A DNA stretch of 64,000 nucleotides from Octopus bimaculoides (Eukaryota): NCBI RefSeq assembly GCF_001194135.2, contig NC_068985.1, forward strand, positions 31,364,513-31,428,512, read 5' to 3'. Every line of letters begins with the position of its first letter. Position 1 is the first letter of the stretch. A program made the position numbers and the translations under genes. The notes below the pieces were generated by a model that was not told the DNA's origin, searched no databases, and was given only the letters and a program-made list of their open reading frames with translations. Shown piece by piece: positions 21,979 to 35,600 of the stretch.

Positions 21979-24068
21979 CAAAGTGATCTTTTAATCTTCC
22001 ATTTTTCTCTATGATTTAGCAGAGAAAGGCAATTATAAATACTGAGTAGGTACACAAAAAAGAATTATCACCATTGTGGTGATGGGGGTGGGGGTGGCAC
22101 ATTTCAATCTCACTCTTCAAGAAAACAAAGATTGACAATCTTAACTGTTTTGATCACCTGTGTAAAAGGAGGGATTGTAATAGAAATGTGTCTTGTACAT
22201 CAATATAAATATATAATAGATAGTATGTCTCTATGTACATGTAGAAAACAAATATGTATTTTGGTTTTATGTTTGTGAATATATATATATGTATAAATTA
22301 TATATAAAAGTGGTTGTGGACACAAGTATTGCACATCGTTCATTGATTGCAGTAGTTTTACAGGACACATATGACAAGACCAATGTTATCTAGGTTAAAA
22401 AAATTTTTTTTTTAAATAATGGAATTATGTAAAGCAACACAATATCAGAAACTGCTATGCTAATGACAACACTAGAAGCATTATTAAGTTTAAAAAAAAA
22501 CAAACTAGCAGTAACAGTAGTTGTAATTATTGATAAAATTATTAAATAGTATAATCATATAAAATGTGGGCTGAGTAGTTATTGATTTCTTTAGGCTTGA
22601 CATAAGTAAAACTTTCTATGTACAGTATAGTGAATTGAATAAGCTACAGTAAAATATCCATCTGATATCCTATCATCACAGCCATAATTACTGCTCTCAA
22701 CAATAGTTATATTAAATAAACTTGAAAACAACATGGTAAGCTATCTTGCACCAGACATATTGCTTGTTTTTAATTTCTAATGTGAGAAGCAGTGAGGATA
22801 AAGTCATTTATTGTACACAAGCAATTTTCCATCATGGTCTGTTTGTGCCTAAATCATCAAACATAGTGCATGAAACTGAGACCACATCTGAGTCTGCAGA
22901 ACAAATGCTTACCTAATGTTCCTGTAGCATTAAATAGATGACAAACAAATCTTCTGATACCAACAGTGTATTCACAGTCATGAATAACTATTCTTAAAAC
23001 AAACCTGGTATCTGTGTGCTCAGGCATGAGAACTGAGGTAATGTAGAATAAATAGGTAATATATCAACACACAAACATGTACTTTGACATTTTATTCTTT
23101 TACTACTTTACCTCTGCATAATGATGTAAATAAATGATAATGATTTTTCATTAGAAAATGAAGCTTAGATGGAATGCAGTGTCTTATTCTATACAATGCA
23201 GCATGTTCAGCAAATATATGCCCATATCTTGGGAATAAACCAATACTTATACTTCTTTAATGAGTCTTAAGAGGCCAAATTCTTTGAAGGTAAAGTTATA
23301 TATAATCAATCAAAGTAAACTTTATATTAATGGTATTTATAGCTAACCAGACATGGAAAATAAAAATCACAAAGACAACAACTGAATTCAGAAAGATGAT
23401 GCACTAAACTAGATATTAGTAATACAAATTGAGTGACTACCAAATTCAGAGGTCACATAAGTTATTAATGAAGTACTTTTGTTAGCAACAGTGATGATAA
23501 CTTTGATATAAATCAATAAAAATACTTAAAACAACAAGAAGAAATCTGTAAGAGTAGCAACAATAGAAGTAGTAAAACAATGTATCCCTGAGCTTCAAGG
23601 GGCTTAGAAAGATGGTGTATAGCTCCAATTTCTATTGTATAATGTAGATGAGAAGAACTTATTCTTAGAAGGATGTCAGTTTATACCAGGAGTGAATTTT
23701 TCAAAAGATCTGATACTCATTCCCAATAACAACATGAATTGAGGCTAGTGGAATTAAGAGTATTACCTAGAGAAACAATACGTTTGCGGCAGGCATAAAC
23801 TCATTACCTACATGCTAGGAGTCTAATACTTTATCTATTCAGACATTTCACTTCCAACATTTGTATTAGTAGTAGCAGTAGTTGCAATAAATGAATACTT
23901 AATATCTCCACATGTCTCAACAAGTTTATTAACTTGGGTACTGCTGAAATCTGGTAAACTGTGATAAGTAGAGGAAAATATAAACAACTACCTGGATAAA
24001 ATATCAGTTTTAACATAAGTGATTTTCGCAAAAGATCTGGTGTCTGTTGCCAAGTGCAAGGTGAACTG

Positions 24069-24109
<41 letters not shown>

Positions 24110-25634
24110 NNNNNNNNNNNNNNNNNNNNNNNNNNNNNNNNNNNNNNNNNNNNNNNNNNNNNNNNNNNNNNNNNNNNNNNNNNNNNNNNNNNNNNNNNNN
24201 NNNNNNNNNNNNNNNNNNNNNNNNNNNNNNNNNNNNNNNNNNNNNNNNNNNNNNNNNNNNNNNNNNNNNNNNNNNNNNNNNNNNNNNNNNNNNNNNNNNN
24301 NNNNNNNNNNNNNNNNNNNNNNNNNNNNNCATTTTTAGTAAAGTTCTAATAATATAGATTACTAACAATGGTACAAGGCCACTAATTATGTTAGGGCTCA
24401 ATCAATTACATTAATTTCTGAACTAATTTTATCAACAATGGAAAAATAAAAGGTAAAGGTGACTCCAGTATGATTTGAGTGTAAAGGGACATTGCTAAAT
24501 TACCTCAAAGCATTTTGGTTATACTCTTCCAAATTTACTGCCCATCATCCCCTTATATATAAAATTAAAATGATTTCTTATATAAGCACAAGGCTTCATT
24601 TTATGGGGGGGGGGGAGAAAATGCAAAACTGTGTACTGCATGTCTTTATCAAAGACATTTATGATATAAGAAGAGTAATCAGCTTCAACTGGAAATTGAA
24701 ACCAGGTCTTAGCTTTGGCTTACATGGAGTTTGCTCTAAAGCATTTGTCACAACCTCATTAATAATTTCTACTGGCACAAAGTCACAAGTTTGTAGAGGA
24801 AGAATGTAGTAAATTGAACCAACCCCAGCTCATGCCTGATATTCATTTTGTACACTATGGAGGGATGAATGACAAAGAAAATACTTGTGAGTTCTGAATT
24901 CAGAATATAGAGGAACAAAGCTAAATACACAATAGGCATCTGGTCTGCAAATTTACCTTTTCTTATCTTCCTTTTAATATTGATTTCTCCCTCAGAGGCC
25001 TTCATTTTTTTTTTCTTATATTAGTTGAGAAGCTTGAGCATTAAATCATTGTAGGCATATAGCTAGTAATAAATATTCATAGAACATATGACAGCTTGGC
25101 AATAATGCTTAAGGTCTAGTGAGTAAAAACAATAGAATAAGCAGAAGTACAGAACTGTGAATGAGTGTGTGTGTGAGTGTATACATGTCTAACAGAGAGA
25201 TGAGAATCTGTATATGTATGTGTGCATGTTTGTGAAAGAAAAAGTTAAACATCAACAAAACGGTGCGAGTAATAGAATTAGGAATAGACAAGTATGCAAA
25301 AGAGAGAGAGAATGTTAGAGACGAACAGACACATTAAGAAACGGAGAAAAGGATGGAAGAAGAGCAATCGTTTTGGTCATGAAACAACATAAACAAAACT
25401 ACTGGTTTCAACAAGACATTTGGACAGATATACAACATCTGTCAGAAATACAAAACACATAGATGCAGAGCTAAAACAATCCCACAAAACAGCCAGATAG
25501 AATATTAGTAAGACTCAGATCAGTAGCATACAGATAAATATTTAAACAGACACTCAATAAACTTGCAGATAGGGAATTTTTTCAAAGAGAAAAGAAAGTG
25601 CCCCGCTGTCATTTTGACAAAATGTCTGACTGGC

Positions 25635-27681
25635 TCAATTGAAGTTGAAGTTATTCCAAGTCCTAGCCAGAGCCAAAGTTGCATTAGTCATACTGACAGA
25701 AACAGGAGATGTAGCCAAGGAAGAACTTATGGCTTGGTGAGAAGTGGTCAGTGTTTGACCAGTATCTGCAGCAGGAAGTGAAGCAATAGTTTGTACAGTC
25801 TGTTGTTGTTGTTGATTGGCAGCAGCAGCAGCAGCTGCCAGTTGAGTATGCACCAGATTCTGTCCAAGGTGACTGAGTTCAATTGTTGTCGTTGGCTGAC
25901 CACCAACAACGGACACTGTGCCAATTTGTGCTGGTTGAATTTGAACCATTGCTGTATGGCCTGTAGGGTTAGCCGTATTAGTAACTCTAGCCACTGAGTA
26001 TTCTCCTGAAGGCTGGTAATCATGAGATAATGTTTGTGTCAGCTCAGTCATAGCTTGGGTGAGGAGATCAGCCTGTTGATATTGGTCAGAGATAGCTTGT
26101 GTTGAAACAGGACCATGCACCTCAGCCATAAATTCTTCCTCAGTAACACCATGGGAATTGTCAGACAACATTGCAGCTGTGTGTTCTTCTTTCACCCGTT
26201 TGACAGATGATTGTGGAGGTGACATTTCAGGATGCTTTTTCCTGTGATGTTGCATCAACTTTGCCTTGCTGGCATACTGCTTGTGACAGAAATCACACTG
26301 ATGTGGCATTGTGGTAATACTCCCCACCATTTGGGAGTATGTTGGGTTTGGATGGCCTGGAACTTCATGGATTTGAGACTTCTTCCGACTGCTCATTGGT
26401 AGTTCAGATCCAGGATGGTTCTTTAATATATGAGCTTTTCGCTTTGAGCTGGATTTGTAGACTTTTTCACAGTACTGACAATAATAATCTCTCTGAGTTT
26501 TCAATATAGGAAGCTTCAATTCAGGCACAGTATCTGGTTTTATGTCAGGATGTCTTTTGGCCAAATGGTTAACCAGCATACCCCGCCGTTTGAAACCAAG
26601 GAGACATGTGTGACATTTGTATATAAAACGGTGATAATCATTAGGTGATACTTTGGGGATGAATTTTTTATGGTTGACTGGTTTTTCTTCCTTGTTTGCT
26701 AATCGTGCTTCACGCTCTTCTGAATGCATCCTTTTCATATGTTCTTTTAGTTTGTCCTTTCTTTTGAACTGGCGACCACAGCTTTCACACATAAACTCCC
26801 GGTGAGAGGAATGTCGTAACATGTGCAATTTCAGCTTATCCGGCCGTGGAAATAGCTTATCACATTCAGGGCAGGGATATTTTATTGCTGAATGGAATGC
26901 ACGCATGTGCTTTCGAATAGTAACAAATTCATCAAATACCCGGGTACATATGGGACAGTTATATTTACCATTGGCATCTTCATGTTCAGTCACATGACTC
27001 TTTAATGAACCTACTTGGTCAAAGTCTGAATGACAGAGTGGACACTCATAATATTTTTTATCACTATGTGTCTTCATGTGACAGGACAATGCAGAGTTAT
27101 TCATGAAGCGCTTAAAACACACTTGACATTGAAGTGGTTTAGAATTCTCATCACCATGACACAAAAGGTGTTTCTGAAGGCGTTCATAGTTACTAAAAGC
27201 TTTCCAACATTTCTGACATTTATGTGGTCGTTGAGGATTGTGCAACATCTTGCGTTTAGTTTTGCCATGTACACTAGCATGTTCTATAAGGTCTTGTTGT
27301 TTTTGGAAGGATAAAAAACATACTGGACACGCCAAAACATCTGAGTCTAAAGTAATGACACTATCAGACTCTTCCAAAGAAGCAACTTCATTGCTGGCAT
27401 CTCCATTGGTAATCTGTTGCATTTGGATGGCATTTGCTAGCACTGGTTTTGCTTCATTGGGATCACAAGCAAGCCTTTTCACTTCATCTAAGCCAACATC
27501 TTCAGCAGCATGGGTGAGTGTGTGTAAGTTCAGTAAGTTTGAATTATCAAATGTCAGGTCACAATGTGTACACACCCACTCATTTCCACCAGTTACTTTG
27601 CCTTTCTTACGATACAGAGATTTTAATGATCGACGTCTAAGGGCCTCATGATCCAACCTGCGATGATATTTCTTCAGTGTT
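25635..27681 (-). CDS. PRDM10: PRDM10 terminal coding exon, 11 C2H2 fingers plus Q/A-rich tail
   Basis: Open frame of 2047 nt after ttttccag| (phase 2); stop at 25637-25635. Confidence 0.95.
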
Positions 27682-30600
27682 CTGGAAAAAAAAAACATTT
27701 GCATATTAATAAGTGTGTATGTGTATTTGGGTGTGTATATGTGTGTGAATAATCAATTATCCTTATAAAAAGCAAAGTTTGTTTCTTTGTATGTTGACTG
27801 CTGAAAACACTAAACAAAATTGATAATATTTCAGGTATTTCATTTCATTTAAATTAATTTGATCATTCTGCAGATAACTGTGCACTTATCTTCCGAAAAC
27901 GGAATGGAGAGGGCCAAGTTGGTGGTGTATTGGCTCCTATTTCTAGCAATTCATGTACTGTCTATTTCACCATAATGCATTTTACAGAGTGAAAAAATAC
28001 TTCACCTATCAATCAATCCACCTCCAACTTTCTCAAAGTTTATACATTACAGTTATTCCTTTGAAGTTACTGCTGGACCTCTGCCTTCTCTCTGTCTATA
28101 TGTCTCTTTCTATGTCTCTATCTCTCTCTCTCTGGTTCTATATGTGTCTCTCTCTCTCACTATCTCTACCTCTTTTTTCTCTCAAGAGAAAAACATGTGA
28201 GAGAGAGAAAGGGGGCTCCACAGAAAAACTGCTTTCTCTCTGTCTATATGTCCCTCTCTATGTCTCTATCTCTCACTACCTCTACCTCTTTTTCTCTCTA
28301 GAGAAAAAATATGTGAGACAGATAGAAAGGGGTTGGTAGTAGTGGTGACAGTATAGATTAATAGGTATTGGTGGGTGTGGTGGTAGTATTGGTAGCACAA
28401 TTTAGATATTCTAAATAAATGTTAAAAATTATGTTATGTAATATTGAAATACCTTTTAACAACTTTTATTGTAAGGAAAATGGGCATTATGATAGATGCC
28501 AATATGTGCCTTATTAATTAATACATTTGAGTACAAACCGGGCTGAAGGCTGGGAGGCCTGCTAGCATAATATAAAAGTACTTAAGAGGCATAAATATAA
28601 TTTTTGTAAATTTATCAAGCATAGGGAAGTACCTTTGAAGTAACAAAGTTAAAATACAGAAAAAGAAAAATTTAAACTGGCTTCATATGAAGCGAAACAT
28701 GGTAAAACAAAACAACAGTAACACAAACAATTTGTTTCTTCTTACCAATCATCAGAGAAACTAATCAAGAGGCTCTAAAAAAATTTCATTTATAGCTTAG
28801 TAAGAGGAAAAAGGTTAGTACTTATGACCTTTTTGTGAGGCCGCCAAGATTAGTGGAGAGAAAGAAAGATCTTAAACTGAATCTGAAGGCTTGCAATGGA
28901 GAACATTTTTAACAAACACTGAAGTGTTGAGTTATTGGTATTTTAGAAATGAAGGAAATCTCAAGTGCAGGAGATAGCTGTGAAAACAACTTAGAGGATT
29001 CGGCAAAATACCCTTACAGATGGATCTTCTTAGCTGTTTTCACAGTTATTCTCCTATATTTGAGATGTCCTTAATTTCTTATAATGCAAAGAGCCAGTTG
29101 GTGGTTAAGCCTACCACCTTGGGGATTTGGGAATATTGCAGTAAATCAAATGTTAGCACTCCGTCGCTTACGACGTCGAGGATTCCAGTTGATCCGATCA
29201 ATGGAACAGCCTGTTCGTGAAATTAACGTGCAAGTGGCTGAGCACTCCACAGCCACATGTACCCTTAACGTAGTTCTCGGGGATATTCAGCATGACAAAG
29301 TGTGACAAGGCTGACCCTTTAAATTACAGGTACAACAGAAACAGGAAGTAAGAGTGAGAGAAAGTTGTGGTGAAAGAGTACAGCAGGGTTCGCCACCATC
29401 CCCTGCCGGAGCCTCATAGAGCTTTAGGTGTTTTCACTCAATAAACACACACAATGCCCGGTCTGGGAATCGAAACCGCGAGCCTATGATTGCGAGTCCG
29501 CTGCCCTAACCACTGGGCCATTGCGCCTCCACAGTAAATCAAATAGGTAAAAGGGAATTAGCAATTAACTCAGACAAGATTATATATAAATGCCAGCAGT
29601 CAAAACATTGAGGAGGATCACAGCTGATATAACACAGACATGGTTCTTGGGCCAGAATTAACAAAGTCGAGGAAATGCAGATTGCGAGAGTAACTGGGTA
29701 ACAAATATTTATAGAATTTCATTTTAATGTAAATCTTCCAACAGCATATGTGAAGATTTGCAATAAATTTATGAAAGCAAGGAAATGACTAAATAGAAAC
29801 TAGTAACTTACTTGTTTAGATAGAATGTAGAAGATTTCTTCTTCCAAGGATAATTACAGATTTCTCCATTGGCAGACTTGAAAAATAAAAAGTTTTATGA
29901 GGCATTATTTATGATAAATTTAAATGTACTAGTTTGTTTATAAAAGCCATTAAAATAATTATATTATTAAATATATTAAAATAATTATATTATTGGCATA
30001 GCTTAAGTATACGCTTATGGAGTAGAAAATTTCCCCAACTTTTGCCAAGGAATAAAAGATTTATAACATCAAAACTAATAAGGATATAATCTTGTTTTTA
30101 TAAATATTTACAGTGATCCTAGTTGAAATAATGGTTTTATAAATACCTTCTGATAAAATTACCTATCATATACAATTTGCAGTAGTCTCTATAAAAAATA
30201 GTTTATAGAGCAATAATAGAGAAATAATTAAGTTATTCTTTCTATCAGGTCATCCCATAAGTTCTGTCTGAATTTTGAATATAGAAAACAAGTGATCAAA
30301 TGTTATATTCAATTGAAATTTAATCATCAATGTACTTTCCCTGATCATCTATGACTTCCTTCCATCTATTTACAAGCTTTTTAATCCCATCAATGTAAAA
30401 CTCTTTTGGTTTCAAAGCGAAGAACTCTGAAATGTCAGTTTCGACCTCCTGCTGGCTTGCAAAAGTTATGTTCCCCAAATGATTCTGTAAACTACAAAAC
30501 AAATGGTAGTCTGAAGGAGCAAGGTCAGGAGAATAAGGTCGATGGGGAATTTTTTCCCTACCAAGTTCTTCAATCTTCTGTGATGTGATTTTTGCAGTGT

Positions 30601-33600
30601 GGGGTCGCACATTGTCCTGATGAAACATCACACCTTTTCGATTCACTAAAGCAGGTCTTTTTTACTTCAAAGCTTGGTTCAAACACTCTAATTGCTGACA
30701 ATAGACTTGAGCATTGATTGTTGCATTAGGTGGTAACAATTCAAAGTGAATTACTCCTTTGCAATCCCACTAGACAGAGAGAAGAACCTTTTTCCCATGA
30801 AGTTCCCTTCTTGGTTGTGGTTGAGCTTTTTCCCTTTTACCAAGCCACTGTTTACGACGTTAAACATTTTGATAGAAGATCCATTTTTTGTCACCAGTCA
30901 CAAGTCTATCCANNNNNNNNNNNNNNNNNNNNNNNNNNNNNNNNNNNNNNNNNNNNNNNNNNNNNNNNNNNNNNNNNNNNNNNNNNNNNNNNNNNNNNNN
31001 NNNNNNNNNNNNNNNNNNNNNNNNNNNNNNNNNNNNNNNNNNNNNNNNNNNNNNNNNNNNNNNNNNNNNNNNNNNNNNNNNNNNNNNNNNNNNNNNNNNN
31101 NNNNNNNNNNNNNNNNNNNNNNNNNNNNNNNNNNNNNNNNNNNNNNNNNNNNNNNNNNNNNNNNNNNNNNNNNNNNNNNNNNNNNNNNNNNNNNNNNNNN
31201 NNNNNNNNNNNNNNNNNNNNNNNNNNNNNNNNNNNNNNNNNNNNNNNNNNNNNNNNNNNNNCAACTGGACGTCCTGTTCGATCTTCATCTTCAAGGCTAA
31301 AATCTCCACTTCTGAATTTTGCAAATCATCTTCTGCAAGTTTTTTCATTCAAGCATTCTTTCCCATAAACTGAGTGTATGTTTCGAGTCGCTTTGGTTGC
31401 TGAGTTTCCTTTTTTGTACTCATAAAGCATTATGTGCCTCAAATGCTCTTTGGATACTTCCATGTTAGAAAGGGTTTTAATCAAAGAAATTTTAATTCTA
31501 TTATTCTGTAAAATAATATTTAATTAGTTTAAATGTACACAAATGCATAAAAATAATTTTTAATTCCATTAGACATTCTAAAATACTATTAAATCTCATT
31601 CAATTTTAAAAAAGGTAAAATCGGACAGAACTTATGGGATGACCTGATACGTTGGGGATGATATTATATACTATTAATTGGCATTAGAAACAGCATACAG
31701 TTATGATACTATTGAACTAATTACACAATATTATCACATTTCTGAACAATTAACTGGCTACAGATCTAATGCAACCATAAAAACAGATATCAAACAGAAT
31801 AAAGGATAAGATTCAAATACATAAAAAAATAAAAGTCCATGAATATAATTAGAGAAGACTGGAGAGAATTAATGGAATCAAATATTATGCAAAAGAATTA
31901 AAGATTAGGATTACACAAAAGAATTAAGGAAAGATGACAATTAATAGCCAAATTGAGAAAGATTAAGAAAAAATTTAGAAACAAAATCACTCTGATTATA
32001 AATAAAAGAGAATAATAGAGAAGCAAAAGGACATTAGTTATATTTACCACTTTTGGGTGCCGTCTCTTTCGTTTCAATGTTCCTGCTTGTAAAGAGAATC
32101 CTTTACGTCGGTTCTTCTGCATCATTGTTTCACCTCTAATACTAAAGTCATCATCTTGATGGCGGTTTGATGTATTTTCTTCATGAACAACTAAATGCTT
32201 CTGAAGTGCAGCTGATGTTTTAAATCGTTTATTACATTCATAACAAGGCCATTTGCGTTCTTGTTCATCCAAAGCTGTCAATTGGATAAATTCAGAATGA
32301 ATCACATGAAATTCTAATTTACAAAATGGAACATTTTAAAGTTAACATTACTTTTAACCCTTTAGCAATCAGATTCCTCTGTTCAAATGTGATGCTTATT
32401 TATCCATTGTTTTTAATTAATCATGCATTAACTCATTGCTTTCAGATTTCAATGTAGTGATTGTTATTTTTAGAATGACATTGTAGGGTAGGTGTAAGAG
32501 GTCTGACCTGGTTTGTTTGAATATAAAACAGGTAAATATTTGGGCCAGATTTGGCCAGTTTAAATGCTAAAAGGTTACAGTTATAAATTCTTTGCATCAG
32601 TTATTAAGATATAATAATATTATGATGGCTAGTCTTTAACTAAATCAAACTTGTCCATTTTACATGTCTTCTGTCCTCCTCCAGCAAAGTCCCTCAATCT
32701 TTCAGTCACATACTAAACTGCCTTCTCATTTATAATTTGTCTTGAAGCATGAACTTTGCATGGATTCAAATTGAACATTAACTGTATTAACATCAAATAG
32801 TTATCTCTACTTTGTAGAAGAATCTGAGAAGGCTTATCTTCAATTGAAGGAGAGCCTGATAGGGATAGCGATTCTGCTCCACTTCCTTAGATAAAATTAT
32901 ACAGAAGTAATTAGTTTTAAAGTTTTATGGCAGTGGTTTTTATCTGGGGTCCATATAAGATTTTATTGTTAAAAAATTTATGTGCAATAAATTAGTTATA
33001 CATCTCCAATGCACAAAATATTAAAATTTTTTCATACAATTCCTAATAATATTTCATCATCATCATCATCGTCGTTTAACGTCCGCTTTCCATGCTAGCA
33101 TGGGTTGGACGATTTGACTGAGGACTGGTGCAACCGGATGGCTACACCAGGCTCCAATTTAATTTGGCAGAGTTTCTACAGCTGGATGCCCTTCCTAACG
33201 CCAACCACTCGGAGAGTGTAGTGGGTGCTTTTACGTGTCACCCGCACGAAAACGGCTACGCTAAAAAAACAGTAAGATTTTCCTTTTATGTATAGTGAAT
33301 AGCTGTGGACATCCAGTAGAGAAAAGTAGGAATCAAAGGGGTCTACAGGCAAAAAATGGTTGCAAACCACTGCTCTGTGGTATACAACCTAGTTGCCATA
33401 TCACAGTGGAAAAAAAGAATTCAGTGTTATGATACATAAAATATATAAACTATAAATAATGACAATGGTGATAATAATGATGATGATGATATATTTCACA
33501 AGTATTTTTATATATTGTAGTATTATAGTAATACATCAGGCAACAATAAACTCAAAAATAGAAGGAAATAGAAATAAAAACTCTCGGTTTAATTCTAAAA

Positions 33601-35562
33601 TTGTATAAGAATGATTGTATTTTAGAAACAGTTTAATTTCCATCATTATAATTTGCTACTTTAGATATTTAAAAAAATTTTATGAGTAGATATTAATATT
33701 TTCAGAAATATGAATATTAAAAAGAAAAAAAAAACATAGTGACAGCCTCATCAAGAAAATTTCAAAATGATTGCTCAACCTTCTAAAATAGCAGCTAAAT
33801 CTTCCCCAAATCACACCTTAGCTTCTTAGAAAAAGCATACAATGGATAATGTAATCTAGATTGCTTTGCTCACAGGTCTTCTAGTGTAAGACTAATTTGG
33901 GGGTGAAACAACAACCTATTAAATAATGTTAATCAAATGTAGAATTATTGGTTTGGTTGAAATCCCAAGTAAGTTTTAACATTCGTCCATTACGTTGTAC
34001 TAGTGTGAAATACTGGCATCTTCTGGGGTTTTTTCCTCATGTAATGTTGTTAAGAAGTGTTACAGTATACTGCAATTTATCCCATTTGTTCCAGAGATTG
34101 TTCATCTGTTTGAAATTCTGACAATAAGAGAACTTGAGATGAGCACTGGAAGCTATTAAGGCACTTGTTCATTATATGGCAGCTTAAAGTGTGAGCTGCA
34201 TATCTCCATAGTACCTACTGTAAACAGATGGACAGATTCAAGAATCCATTGTTTTTGTCAGGAACACAATGAAGGTTTAGATGCAGGTATGGCCTGCTGA
34301 CTCTTTTGAGGAGAGGCTAACAATTCAGTTAGCCTAGAAGACTAACTTTCAGCAAGACAATAAGGTTACTTTTGTGTAATTTCAAGTCAAGTAATTTTTA
34401 ACACTTTTCATCTATGTTTTATGGCAATCATTTAAATTTATCAATTTAAAAAAAAAGAAACCATAAATATTTCCATCTTTATTGTAAACCTTTATACCAT
34501 TTACAGCTTGCATTTACTAATAACATATTTCATACACAATCAATCATCAGATATTTTATTATTTGCCATCAATGAAATGCATACAAGAGTATTTAAGGTT
34601 ATTGAATTGAAGTTAAAGTAAACAGAGGTTGTGACATTAATAACTTTCTTAAAGTGTATGTACCCAACCATGAATTAAAACTGAATTGTTAACTTACTCT
34701 CTAAGCATTTCAACAAAAGCTAAATTCTTATCGATAGCATCCATTAGTTTCTATGTAAAACATTTCTTGCATTAAAAACATGAAAATGTGGACAATAACC
34801 TTCAATATCTTCATCTGTGATATCAAGAACATGTGCTCCAATACGTTCAGCATAATGTGCTGCATACCACACCTAGAAACAGAAAAAGGTGATGATATTT
34901 TCTATAATAGGAATAATGTGGAAGTGTGATGTGCACCACTCATAAATAAACTTTTTACACTGGAGTTACATGCTTGTGTGTTGAAGAACAGCACCAATGT
35001 TTCTATATTTGAAATCGAATATTTTTACAAGAAATAAACATTTCAACAAATTTCTGTTACCAAACTGGAAGATGCCCTGCCCCACCAGATTAGACATACA
35101 ATTTAATGCAATTTAGCCTTTTCCCCATTTGCATATTTTCACTAGGCATGGTTATTTTAGATGTAAACATTCCATTAACAATATTCTTCCTCTGATGGGA
35201 TAGAGGTATGTAATCTTTATTCCTCTTTTCTCTTAAATTTTCCTTCTTGCATGTTTCCTTGTGATTTTTTTTTTTTTTTGTGGATGCAGGCTTGGCTATG
35301 TAGTAAGAAGTTTACAGCCAAACCACATGGTTTTAGGTTCAGTCCTGGTGCATGGCACCTTAGGCAAGTGTCTTCTACCATAGCCTTAGGCTGACCAAAC
35401 ACTTGTGGGTGGATTGTGTGGTAAGAAGCTTTCTTCCAAATCACATGGTTCTGGGTTCAGTCCTACTGCGTGGCACCTTGGGCAAGTGTCTTCTACTATA
35501 GCTTTGGGCTGACCAAAGTCCTCTGAGTGGATTTGGTAGATAGAAACTGAAAGAAGCTCATC

Positions 35563-35600
<38 letters not shown>

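Noticed and set aside
29440-29531. tRNA gene
   Set aside because: A and B boxes are present, but they continue into a SINE body and tail with no acceptor-stem end or terminator.
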